In this document: positions 9,491 through 18,256 of the stretch, one piece after another
Position numbering within the stretch: the first letter of the stretch is position 1
Layout of the letters: every line of letters begins with the position of its first letter
Virus record (IMG/VR): IMGVR_UViG_3300021185_003145
Location: 1-64,000 of that record
Source: a virus
Direction: 5' to 3' (one strand)
Length of the DNA stretch: 64,000 nt
The notes under the pieces: generated by a model
The model's input: the letters and a program-made list of their open reading frames with translations, nothing else
What the model was told of the DNA's origin: nothing
Databases searched by the model: none
Position numbers and translations under genes: made by a program

Positions 9491-10101
9491 TCAACTAATC
9501 CGTCATCTATCGCTTTTTGTGTTGCTGGACCTTGCTCTGCTTTAGGTAGTGGTTGTTGCCTTGCATCAACCCACATAGCACCTTTCCAAGTAATTTTGCC
9601 TTTACCTGGCCATTCCATTTCAGCACCTATTTTAACTGTACTAGAAAAGTCTTTTGGATCAAAATCTGGTTCTTTATCGTCAACAAATTTACCATATAAT
9701 TTTTCAATCATTGCTACTGATTTTGGGTCTTTCTTAAAAATTAATGGTGCTATTTGTAATAATGACTTTCCTCCAGCAAAACCTGTTTTAGGCTTTAAGT
9801 AAGTGTTTTGACAACCAAGTAAAACAAAAATTTTAATAAGTTTATCCATTGTGTTGTTAGTAACTTTACTATAAATTGCAGGGGCGTCTATTACTCTTGA
9901 TAAAGGTCTATCAAAGTAATGCTCATACCATTGTTCAAAGGCTACTTTTGGTTGCTTACTAAAAGCATCTCCGTTTTGAGCAATAACATTTTCAAGGTTT
10001 TCCATTGCTTTCGCATAAAAAAGTTTTGTTTTCTGAGCAAGAGCTTTTACTTCTTTTTCGTCATCACTTGAAAATAATCCAAATAGTTCATTTAAATTCA
10101 T
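9487..10101 (-). CDS. Hypothetical protein
   Basis: MNLNELF N-terminus; ATGA overlaps. Confidence 0.65.
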   Translation of the reverse strand: MNLNELFGLFSSDDEKEVKALAQKTKLFYAKAMENLENVIAQNGDAFSKQPKVAFEQWYEHYFDRPLSRVIDAPAIYSKVTNNTMDKLIKIFVLLGCQNTYLKPKTGFAGGKSLLQIAPLIFKKDPKSVAMIEKLYGKFVDDKEPDFDPKDFSSTVKIGAEMEWPGKGKITWKGAMWVDARQQPLPKAEQGPATQKAIDDGLVE

Positions 10102-10337
10102 TTTAATTTTTTCAACCCGTTTGTAAATTTTTTGCTGTCTTGTCTTTTAATTGCCAACAATAACTTGCGTTCCATGTCTTCGGCTATTTGATTATCGTAA
10201 CTATTACGAATTAATTCTATCAAATTCTTCGCACTGGCAATTAAATGCTCTGCACGTGATTCGATTAAATGTACACGGTCTCTTGGTATTGCAATGCTAT
10301 CTAATTCTTCTAATAGTTTGCGTGTTTTACGTTGCAC
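10098..10337 (-). CDS. Hypothetical helical protein
   Basis: GGAG RBS before GTG start; late TAAATA at ~10364. Confidence 0.7.
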   Translation of the reverse strand: MQRKTRKLLEELDSIAIPRDRVHLIESRAEHLIASAKNLIELIRNSYDNQIAEDMERKLLLAIKRQDSKKFTNGLKKLK

Positions 10338-10419
10338 TTTTAATAATCTCCGTTCGTTATATGTTATTTATGTAAATTTTTGTTAAATACAACTAGCACA
10401 AACTAGAGGTAATTACGAT

Positions 10420-11184
10420 ATGAAAGCAGATTTCCACCATTCCACACTAGCATCTTTGGCATATCAAGACCAAAGTCCTGAAATAGATGCACAATTTAAA
10501 GAACTTGGCTATGAGGATATTAGATTTATTAATATCGACGGTGCTCAAGTATACTTAGTTAGCAATAAAAACCATGTTGCAATAGCATTTAGAGGAACAG
10601 AAGTTACTCAAATGAGTGATGTTGTTGCAGACTTAAAAGCCTGGAAGAAAAGAAGTAAAGTAGCAGGTAAAGTACATGACGGATTTTATGATGAAGTTGA
10701 AAAAGTTTGGAAATCATTAATATTTGAATTGACAACTTTAGGTGTAGGAAAGTCTCTATCTATTTGTGGACATAGTTTAGGTGCTGCAATGGCAACTATA
10801 TGTGCGGCTCGTTTGTGTGCTTTAGATTATAAATTAGTACTATATACATATGGTTCTCCAAGGGTAGGTAATAGGACTTTTGTTAAAAGTATCACATGTT
10901 GTCACCATAGATGGGTAAACAATAATGATGCAGTTACCAAAGTGCCTATGGCAATAATGTTTTTTAAACATCATGGAAAACTACATTATTTAAATCACTA
11001 TGGACTTGTTCGTAACGGACTTAATCCATGGCAAAGATTTAAAGACGGCTGGAGAGGTAGACTGGCTGCTTGGAAAAAATGTGAACCTTTTGATGGTGCA
11101 AGAGATCATTCTATTGGCAAATACGTTGATAATATCGGCAAGCCAGAAAATGATATTGAACTAAAAAGTAGTTGCACTAACTAG
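10420..11184 (+). CDS. Class 3 lipase (alpha/beta hydrolase)
   Basis: AFRGTE, VHDGF, GHSLG nucleophile motif, YGSPRVG, NNNDAV, C-terminal DH. Confidence 0.92.
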   Translation: MKADFHHSTLASLAYQDQSPEIDAQFKELGYEDIRFINIDGAQVYLVSNKNHVAIAFRGTEVTQMSDVVADLKAWKKRSKVAGKVHDGFYDEVEKVWKSLIFELTTLGVGKSLSICGHSLGAAMATICAARLCALDYKLVLYTYGSPRVGNRTFVKSITCCHHRWVNNNDAVTKVPMAIMFFKHHGKLHYLNHYGLVRNGLNPWQRFKDGWRGRLAAWKKCEPFDGARDHSIGKYVDNIGKPENDIELKSSCTN

Positions 11185-12559
11185 ACTTTATACCTGCTAA
11201 CATATCTTTTAACTTACTACTTTGTACACTTGCAGTAACTTTTGCTTCAGGTTGATAATCCTGTGTATTATCTGCTCCTGACTTAATCTTGTTCATCATA
11301 GAAGTTGCAACTGGTTGTTGTCCTCCATCATCTTCTGCTAAGTCTCTAATTCTTAAACTGTTAATATCAAATTCTAAATCAACTTTTTGTCCGACACCGC
11401 TACTACTTCTAGTTTTCATAAACTGTATTTGATATCTTCCACGTTCACGCATTGCTCTACTTGTAAAAATACCAATAACATTATCAGCAGTATTAATCTT
11501 ACTAATACCACCAGCAATATGCGAATGATCAAACTCTATTTCTTCAACTGCCGCTCTGTTTAACTGCGAAGCAGTTACCATAATAATATTAAACTCTCTT
11601 GCTAAGTTACGCAATTCTTCACTAACATACTTGTCTTTAATAAACTGATCGTTTGGCGATACTTTAGCACTAACTGGCATCAATAAATCCAAGTAGTCAA
11701 CACATATAAAATCAATTTGCTTTCCTGTTTGTATTTGTAACTCTTTTAAGTATGCTCGCATATCATTAATGTTACTTTGTGCTGGCATATATTTTATTCT
11801 TAAACTACCTGCTTTTTTACTAGTCATTCCTAGTTTCATTTCAAGTGTATCAATATCTTTAAAAATGTCTTTACTTGGAATATCTGTAACCATGCTATCT
11901 AGTCTCATAGCACATAAGCCTTCACTAAGTTCAAGTGTTACATACACTCCTGTAAGTCCTGCTAGTGCCCAATTAATAGATAAGTTTTGCATAAACAAAC
12001 TCTTACCACTACCACTACCACCTGCAAATATATTAAGTTCACCTTTGTTAAATCCACCAAACAATTTCCTATCTAGTGCAGGCCAGCCTGTGCTAATTTG
12101 TCCATTACCATCTTTTAAGCTCATTAGTCGATCACGTGGATTCTCCCAATACTCAATACCCAAGTCATTTGTTAAACTAATTTGTACTGCATCTTTAATA
12201 AGTTTCTCAACTGGCTCATACTCACCTTTTTCAATCATATCTGCACTTTTTAAAATAGCACGTTCTAGTTCTTGCTTTTTAGTAAACTGCTCAAACTCTG
12301 TCATGAACCATTCATAGTGTCCATCATTTAAGTTTTCAACTGGCTTCAGTTGCATATTACATGCCGCATTTACTTGTTCATACGCAGGCATAGTTGCATG
12401 ATCTGTTGTGTGTTTTTCTATAAACTTTGCCGCTTCTCTTAGACTCCTATCAAAGTTTTCTGCATTAAAAATGTTTTGCACTCTAACAAATGTTTGTGCA
12501 TCATTTAACATCATTTCTAAAAATAATCTTTGTAAGTCTGTTGTGTAATTAGTTGCCAA
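11177..12559 (-). CDS. gp41: Replicative DnaB-like helicase (T4 gp41-like)
   Basis: GGSGSGKS, VTLELSE, VDYLDL, TASQLNR, MKTRSS. Confidence 0.92.
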   Translation of the reverse strand: MATNYTTDLQRLFLEMMLNDAQTFVRVQNIFNAENFDRSLREAAKFIEKHTTDHATMPAYEQVNAACNMQLKPVENLNDGHYEWFMTEFEQFTKKQELERAILKSADMIEKGEYEPVEKLIKDAVQISLTNDLGIEYWENPRDRLMSLKDGNGQISTGWPALDRKLFGGFNKGELNIFAGGSGSGKSLFMQNLSINWALAGLTGVYVTLELSEGLCAMRLDSMVTDIPSKDIFKDIDTLEMKLGMTSKKAGSLRIKYMPAQSNINDMRAYLKELQIQTGKQIDFICVDYLDLLMPVSAKVSPNDQFIKDKYVSEELRNLAREFNIIMVTASQLNRAAVEEIEFDHSHIAGGISKINTADNVIGIFTSRAMRERGRYQIQFMKTRSSSGVGQKVDLEFDINSLRIRDLAEDDGGQQPVATSMMNKIKSGADNTQDYQPEAKVTASVQSSKLKDMLAGIKSS

Positions 12560-13559
12560 GTTTCTTCCTCATCAATTCTATCTTTATTCTACTACTTTGT
12601 TTAGTGTTTACAATACTCCATAAAGTATATAACTTTCCATACTTGTCTATTGCATCACTAACATCTTTTACATCATCGTCCCAGTCTGGATATGCTACAT
12701 TCCATCTATATTGTAGTGCAGCATCTACTAACTTTTTTCCTGCTTCATCTTTGTCAGGTACAACTATAACTTCCTTTGCTAAGTTATCAATAATGTCTGC
12801 TTGTGTTTCACTAATAGTGTTACTCAATACTGCAACACCACCAATTTTTAGTGCATCAAATGGACCTTCAACTACAATGACAAACTTATTTTCTTTGTCT
12901 TGTGCTTCTGTGTTATACACATATCCAGGTTCCATAGCATTAAAATATTTTGGACTAACATCTTGATCTATAGCACGACCACAAAATCCTATTGTTTGCC
13001 CTTTCCAATTAAACGGAATAATAAGTCTACGATTCATATTTGCCGCTCGACTAGGACTCCACATAAGTTTATCTAAGTTATCTTCCAATCCTCTGCTTAG
13101 TGCATACTCGGCAGTTCTATTTGCAAAATCTTGTGTACCATCATGTAACCAATCCATTATACTTTTACTATCTTGTGGCAATTGCCTAGTTTTAAAAACT
13201 ACTTCTTCTTTAACTTCTTTAACTGGATTAAGTATTTCATAATCTTGCTTTATACGAAGTGCTTCTATAACAAGTCCACGTATTTCTGCTTCTTCGGCAC
13301 CTAACCATTCTAACAGTTGACGAAACTTAAATCCTACTGGTAATCCAGGAGCCCAACCAGTTTTAAAACCACAATTAAAGCAATGATAACTTGCACTACC
13401 ATCACCATTCATAATGGTACCTGCACGTCCTTTAGTGTCCGCTCTTCTTTCACCATTGTGTACACAACATGGCCCGCTGAAACTAGTCCATTCACTTGGA
13501 CTACTTCTCTTGTCAGCAGGTAGATGTGCTACCAATACATCTTGTATATTGTTTTGCAT
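12549..13559 (-). CDS. gp61: DNA primase (T4 gp61-like)
   Basis: Zn-binding PCC..HCFNC; TOPRIM VEGPFDA and VPDKD. Confidence 0.9.
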   Translation of the reverse strand: MQNNIQDVLVAHLPADKRSSPSEWTSFSGPCCVHNGERRADTKGRAGTIMNGDGSASYHCFNCGFKTGWAPGLPVGFKFRQLLEWLGAEEAEIRGLVIEALRIKQDYEILNPVKEVKEEVVFKTRQLPQDSKSIMDWLHDGTQDFANRTAEYALSRGLEDNLDKLMWSPSRAANMNRRLIIPFNWKGQTIGFCGRAIDQDVSPKYFNAMEPGYVYNTEAQDKENKFVIVVEGPFDALKIGGVAVLSNTISETQADIIDNLAKEVIVVPDKDEAGKKLVDAALQYRWNVAYPDWDDDVKDVSDAIDKYGKLYTLWSIVNTKQSSRIKIELMRKKLGN

Positions 13560-13581
13560 AATAATTCATTATAACACAGAG

Positions 13582-14364
13582 TTACGGGCGATACAAGACT
13601 TTTTCTATAGTTCCTGCAGTTTTTGAACTTTTAAATCTAACTGCTGTGTAATTGCCTGTAAAGTTAACTGAAACACTACCTGATTGTGCAGTATATGTAG
13701 TGCTGGATAAATCAACCCAATCACTATCAAGTAGTGAACTTGGATCTGCATCTACTGTAATTTGTACTGTAATGGTGCCTGTATAAGCATCTAAGTAGTA
13801 CTGTGCAGTATGTAATGAGTCTGTGTCTAAGTGTGCGTGTGATAATGCGTATGAACTGTTATCGTCTGTTGTAGAACTAGTCATTGTACTAAATGTTACT
13901 TCTGTACTTGCAGTAAATCCAACATATGGAGAGTCAAATATTTGTAATTGCCCGTCAGCATCATAATCATCATCACTATAAATTATAGTTTTTGATGAAT
14001 CGCCGTTCAGTTCATAGATGCTATAAATAAAACGTCCTGCGTTAGTCGAGGACATATCAGTGCTAGTTAGTTCAAAATCCACTTTACCTGCTTGACTTTG
14101 AGTCGTATTTCCTAGGGTGGTGGTTTTACTTTTGATAACTAAGTGTGTAGTCGGATCGACAATGTTAAGAACAAATGTTTTGGTGCTTACATCTACGCTT
14201 TTTTGATCGTTATTTAACAATCGTAATTGCAAGGTGTTATCAATACCACGGTAAAGTTTTATAGGTCGAGCATACACTGTTCTACTCCTGTTTACAGTTG
14301 ATGTATCTGGAGAGTAAAGTACGCTCAGATACTGTGTTTCTATATAGCCATTTAGTTTTTGCAT
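13582..14364 (-). CDS. Beta-rich hypothetical protein, probably structural
   Basis: S/T-rich; late TAAATA at ~14393. Confidence 0.6.
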   Translation of the reverse strand: MQKLNGYIETQYLSVLYSPDTSTVNRSRTVYARPIKLYRGIDNTLQLRLLNNDQKSVDVSTKTFVLNIVDPTTHLVIKSKTTTLGNTTQSQAGKVDFELTSTDMSSTNAGRFIYSIYELNGDSSKTIIYSDDDYDADGQLQIFDSPYVGFTASTEVTFSTMTSSTTDDNSSYALSHAHLDTDSLHTAQYYLDAYTGTITVQITVDADPSSLLDSDWVDLSSTTYTAQSGSVSVNFTGNYTAVRFKSSKTAGTIEKVLYRP

Positions 14365-14406
14365 TGTTTTTATGAATCCACATTATATAGAGTATTTATG
14401 CCATAG

Positions 14407-14781
14407 ATGGAAGAATTAATAACAAAATTACTAGATAAGTTTCCGTTTATGAGTCACATCAAATACGGTCAAAACGAGTATATCGGAATTGTACAAAACA
14501 GAGATGCACATTGTACGAGCTTTTACAACTACGAAAAGATTACAGAATCACACTTAAAACAGTTGTTTCTTAAACTTGGTGACGATTGGTGGTGGGAATC
14601 AAACAGAATGATTCCTATTAACATTTTTCTTAAAGAAGATTGGGTACCTTTTCGTCCATATTTAACTACATTTGTAACAAAAGACTGTGAAATTATTGCA
14701 GGTCCAAATGTAAGTTTAAGCGATCTTAGTAAAAAGCGAACAAAAAGACGAAGTATTCAATTAATTAAAAAAGTAGACTAG
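14407..14781 (+). CDS. Hypothetical phage protein
   Basis: 124 aa filling the gap between minus-strand genes; [15 protein letters not shown]. Confidence 0.75.
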   Translation: MEELITKLLDKFPFMSHIKYGQNEYIGIVQNRDAHCTSFYNYEKITESHLKQLFLKLGDDWWWESNRMIPINIFLKEDWVPFRPYLTTFVTKDCEIIAGPNVSLSDLSKKRTKRRSIQLIKKVD

Positions 14782-15140
14782 TCACCTTTACCTGGTGTTT
14801 CATCTAATAGATCACGTTTGTCTGGTACATCTGGATTTAACTGTCTATTATTTGCATCAGCATCTGGCAATGGATCTCTTTGTTCTGTTATTACTGGCCA
14901 TGCACCTTCACTATACTTTGTATTAATATTCATCCAGTATTTTAATTCTTCACCTACAACATCAGTATCAGGAATAATAGCACCTGCAGGACATTCAGGC
15001 TCGCATACTCCACAATCAATACATTCATCTGGGTTTATAACTAATGTGTTTAATCCTTCATAAAAACAATCTACAGGACATACACTTACACAGTCAGTGT
15101 ACTTACAGTTAATGCAGTTGTCAGTTACAAGATATGTCAT
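14778..15140 (-). CDS. fdxA: 7Fe (FdxA-type) ferredoxin
   Basis: [18 protein letters not shown] and [12 protein letters not shown]. Confidence 0.93.
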   Translation of the reverse strand: MTYLVTDNCINCKYTDCVSVCPVDCFYEGLNTLVINPDECIDCGVCEPECPAGAIIPDTDVVGEELKYWMNINTKYSEGAWPVITEQRDPLPDADANNRQLNPDVPDKRDLLDETPGKGD

Positions 15141-15715
15141 TTGTATTCCTCAGATAATAAGTTAATGTGTACTGCTACTAAATGTGCATAAGCAACAGCG
15201 TGTGCTTTTTTAAAATAGTAACTACCGTCTGCTGGTTTTTGCCAAACAGTTTCTGCTATTTGATTCCAAGGCTTGTATTGTAAATTTGCTTTACCAGGTC
15301 TAATAATACTTAGTAACATTGCCATTTGCGGTATGCTTGTAGGCTTTTTCTTTACAATTAAATCATAGTAATTACTAATATGTATTACTTTTTCGCAGAA
15401 CTCTTTGCTTTCCCAAAGTAAGTTCCATTGTGGCTCTTGTGCCATTAATCTATCAAGATGTGCTTCATCTTTAACATTACGATATACTGCTACATTAAGT
15501 AAGTCAAGTTTAAAGTAACCTCTATCTTCAGCAGTTTTATAATCTAATGTTGCAACCCCTGTTACTGGATCACTTGGAATATCCGTGTAGTAAACACCTG
15601 TATTATGCTTTGTAAGAACACCATGCTCTTTCATCATAGCAGGTGTACAATCAATTAAATCAATTGCTTTTTGTCTATCAGAGAAGTCAATGTCTACGTC
15701 AGGCAAATCACTCAT
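15137..15715 (-). CDS. Miniature DNA polymerase III alpha (DnaE)-like catalytic core
   Basis: [35 protein letters not shown] in DnaE order. Confidence 0.8.
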   Translation of the reverse strand: MSDLPDVDIDFSDRQKAIDLIDCTPAMMKEHGVLTKHNTGVYYTDIPSDPVTGVATLDYKTAEDRGYFKLDLLNVAVYRNVKDEAHLDRLMAQEPQWNLLWESKEFCEKVIHISNYYDLIVKKKPTSIPQMAMLLSIIRPGKANLQYKPWNQIAETVWQKPADGSYYFKKAHAVAYAHLVAVHINLLSEEYK

Positions 15716-16443
15716 AGCCCTGCTTCCTTTAATGCACTTTTTACAATAGCAGTTTCATTATGATACTTAATAAAGTTTTTCTTCCAAAAGTCTGGATCAA
15801 TATATTCGTATATCATAGTAAGTTGTTCTTCACTAACTTTACTTAAAAAGTCAATACCAGTATCACAATTAAATATTACCCAAGTACTAACTCTGCCATT
15901 AACAATATGTTGACATATTTTATTTTTATTAGCGGCAAAGAAATAACTATTTAATTGTACTTGATTTTCATCGGCCCATGCTTCCATAGTTGTTAAACTT
16001 CTTGTAATAGCATCTTGCCAACTTTCAACTTTTAAGTGTGATGTTAAGTATGCTTGATAATGTTTATCTTGGCACCATTGGTCCAACTTAGTATTGTTAT
16101 TAATTACATAATCAATAAACTTACTAACATTAATTGCTTTTATGTTAACTAGGTGTTTGCCAAACTTTACAAATGCATTATAATATGGGCTATTAACAAA
16201 GTCTCCATATGTTTTCTTAGACCCATTAGCACCTTGTGTTTTTTCATAAAACCTTAAATATGCTTGTAATCCTAATTGTACTTGTTTATCTTTTTCTTGC
16301 AACCATCTACGTTTTTGCTCACACGTATGACTAAACAAAGTTTTCTCTTTACTAAAAGCTCTGTCGCAATACTTACAAACAAATGGCTTATCACTCATAT
16401 GTGCTTCTGCCGTTTGTTTTGCTATTGACATCAATGTGTTCAT
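15712..16443 (-). CDS. Protein with N-terminal C2H2-like zinc finger
   Basis: KPFVCKYCDRAFSKEKTLFSHTC. Confidence 0.7.
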   Translation of the reverse strand: MNTLMSIAKQTAEAHMSDKPFVCKYCDRAFSKEKTLFSHTCEQKRRWLQEKDKQVQLGLQAYLRFYEKTQGANGSKKTYGDFVNSPYYNAFVKFGKHLVNIKAINVSKFIDYVINNNTKLDQWCQDKHYQAYLTSHLKVESWQDAITRSLTTMEAWADENQVQLNSYFFAANKNKICQHIVNGRVSTWVIFNCDTGIDFLSKVSEEQLTMIYEYIDPDFWKKNFIKYHNETAIVKSALKEAGL

Positions 16444-16904
16444 AATAGTTCTTTAAGTTGCTTATCGTCATATCCTAAATCTTCAAGGTACTTTTTAACA
16501 TCTGCTTTAGTGTTAACTTGCTCAAGTAACGCAATTTCATCTGCTTTGGCATTTGGGTATATATGGTTTAGTGCTTTACCAATTTTATTCTTACTAGCCA
16601 CTTTCTTTTTGTTTGCAATCCATTCATGAAATGCAGTACCCATGCCTGGACTTGCACTTGTAAGTAACAACCATTGTAACTTAGGATGCTTACCTAAGTC
16701 AAAGAAATGTGTGTTAACACGTTTGTTTGTAGCAATAAGCCACCACTCTTGTAACTCACTTTGTCCTTTTACACTACTCGCGTAACGATTCATTAAGAAA
16801 GGACTAAATGCTTTACGTTCTTCATCAGTGAGGCTATCGTAAAACTTTCTGTCTTTACGATCCATTGCACCTAACACTTTGTTTAGCGGAAGTTTACTTG
16901 CCAT
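16440..16904 (-). CDS. Putative clamp loader small subunit (gp62-like)
   Basis: FSPFLMNRY..S and HPKLQW; size and replication context. Confidence 0.6.
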   Translation of the reverse strand: MASKLPLNKVLGAMDRKDRKFYDSLTDEERKAFSPFLMNRYASSVKGQSELQEWWLIATNKRVNTHFFDLGKHPKLQWLLLTSASPGMGTAFHEWIANKKKVASKNKIGKALNHIYPNAKADEIALLEQVNTKADVKKYLEDLGYDDKQLKELL

Positions 16905-16906
16905 AA

Positions 16907-17179
16907 TTAAAAATACTCTGCATATGTTATTTCAAAAAGTGTAGCATCATCAATGTTTTCAAAACTAATATGATACCAGCGATTATTCTGTGCGTCCCAG
17001 TCAATTGTAATGTTTACTCCAGCATTAACCATTTCTCTATCATTAAAAAAATTAACGACATTTTCAATTAATGGTCTTTGTGTTGTATTCCACGTTCGTT
17101 GATTATCTCCACTAAGACTTAAACTATAGCACAGATTAGAAGTTTTTACAATATAATTATTACCAGACTTTTTCAACAT
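16907..17179 (-). CDS. Hypothetical protein
   Basis: ORF track; fills the gap. Confidence 0.55.
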   Translation of the reverse strand: MLKKSGNNYIVKTSNLCYSLSLSGDNQRTWNTTQRPLIENVVNFFNDREMVNAGVNITIDWDAQNNRWYHISFENIDDATLFEITYAEYF

Positions 17180-17660
17180 CTACAATTTCTGAAGCTCTAC
17201 TAATTTCTTCTACAAAATAAGCACATTTTGGTTTTTCACCGTCGTGTAACGGTACTGCTAATAACTGTCCTGGTTTCAACTTTGGAAAGTACCAACGTAC
17301 ATCTTGATATACATCTACAATTTCTACAGGAGCAAACTCGGGCCTAAAGTCACTACGTGGATTGTATAAGAATGCATGAAATCCTCTGTCATTTAAACTT
17401 GTAAGTGGAATAACTTCTAAGTCTCCGTGATCTGGTTCGCCAATAAGCATCATCCAATCACGTGGCATTCTAACTGTGTGTTTACCAATTTTCAATACTA
17501 GTGCAGGACTGTTAAAACTTTGTAAAAATATTAATGGTATAAAAAAGTAATCAGGTTCCTTTGGATTACTGTTATCTAATACTGCAAACCTCATATCATC
17601 TACTTCTTCAGGTAGATCATTCATTGAGAATGTTGTGTTCTCTAAAGTTAATATCTGCAT
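17160..17660 (-). CDS. Hypothetical phage protein
   Basis: 166 aa, TAATG coupling. Confidence 0.75.
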   Translation of the reverse strand: MQILTLENTTFSMNDLPEEVDDMRFAVLDNSNPKEPDYFFIPLIFLQSFNSPALVLKIGKHTVRMPRDWMMLIGEPDHGDLEVIPLTSLNDRGFHAFLYNPRSDFRPEFAPVEIVDVYQDVRWYFPKLKPGQLLAVPLHDGEKPKCAYFVEEISRASEIVDVEKVW

Positions 17661-18250
17661 TAATAAACACTCTTTATTTTGTCAGCAATGCCATACTTAA
17701 CTGCCTCTTTGGCACTAAGCCATTTATCTTCCGGTGGAAGAAGTATTTCACGAATAACTTTTTCTTTGAGTCCTGTACATTTTTTATAATGTTCTAGCAT
17801 ACGTTCTGTACTAAGTTCAAACTCACGTACTCTTGCAAATAGTTCATGTTCTTTACCACTACTGCCCCAACTATATTGGTGTGATAAGATACTTGTATTT
17901 GGCGTAAGTATGCGTCTGCCTTTTTCACCTGCCATAAATGTTAATACGCCACAACTTGCAATAAGTCCTAACCCAACTGTTTTAATTGGAATAGCACTGC
18001 CTTTCATTGTGTCAATAAGGGCAAAGGCTGCATGAACACTACCGCCAGGACTATTAATAATCAGTGTTAGTTCCTTTGGACGTTCGTTACTTGGAAGTAA
18101 ATTCTTTTCTATAATCCATTGTACAATAGGCTTGGTAGAGTCAAATGTAAACCCGTCTGCCATGTAATAGATTCCTGTATTCCACATAAGTTCGCCAGGC
18201 TGACGTGACTGTGGAGATGATGCTGGTGCTTTTGCTTTGTTTTTACTCAT
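17660..18250 (-). CDS. clpP: ClpP-family serine protease
   Basis: INSPGGSV, GLIASCG (Ser), LSHQ (His), EDKWLSAKEAVKYGIAD (Asp). Confidence 0.9.
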   Translation of the reverse strand: MSKNKAKAPASSPQSRQPGELMWNTGIYYMADGFTFDSTKPIVQWIIEKNLLPSNERPKELTLIINSPGGSVHAAFALIDTMKGSAIPIKTVGLGLIASCGVLTFMAGEKGRRILTPNTSILSHQYSWGSSGKEHELFARVREFELSTERMLEHYKKCTGLKEKVIREILLPPEDKWLSAKEAVKYGIADKIKSVY

Positions 18251-18256
18251 TTTATT

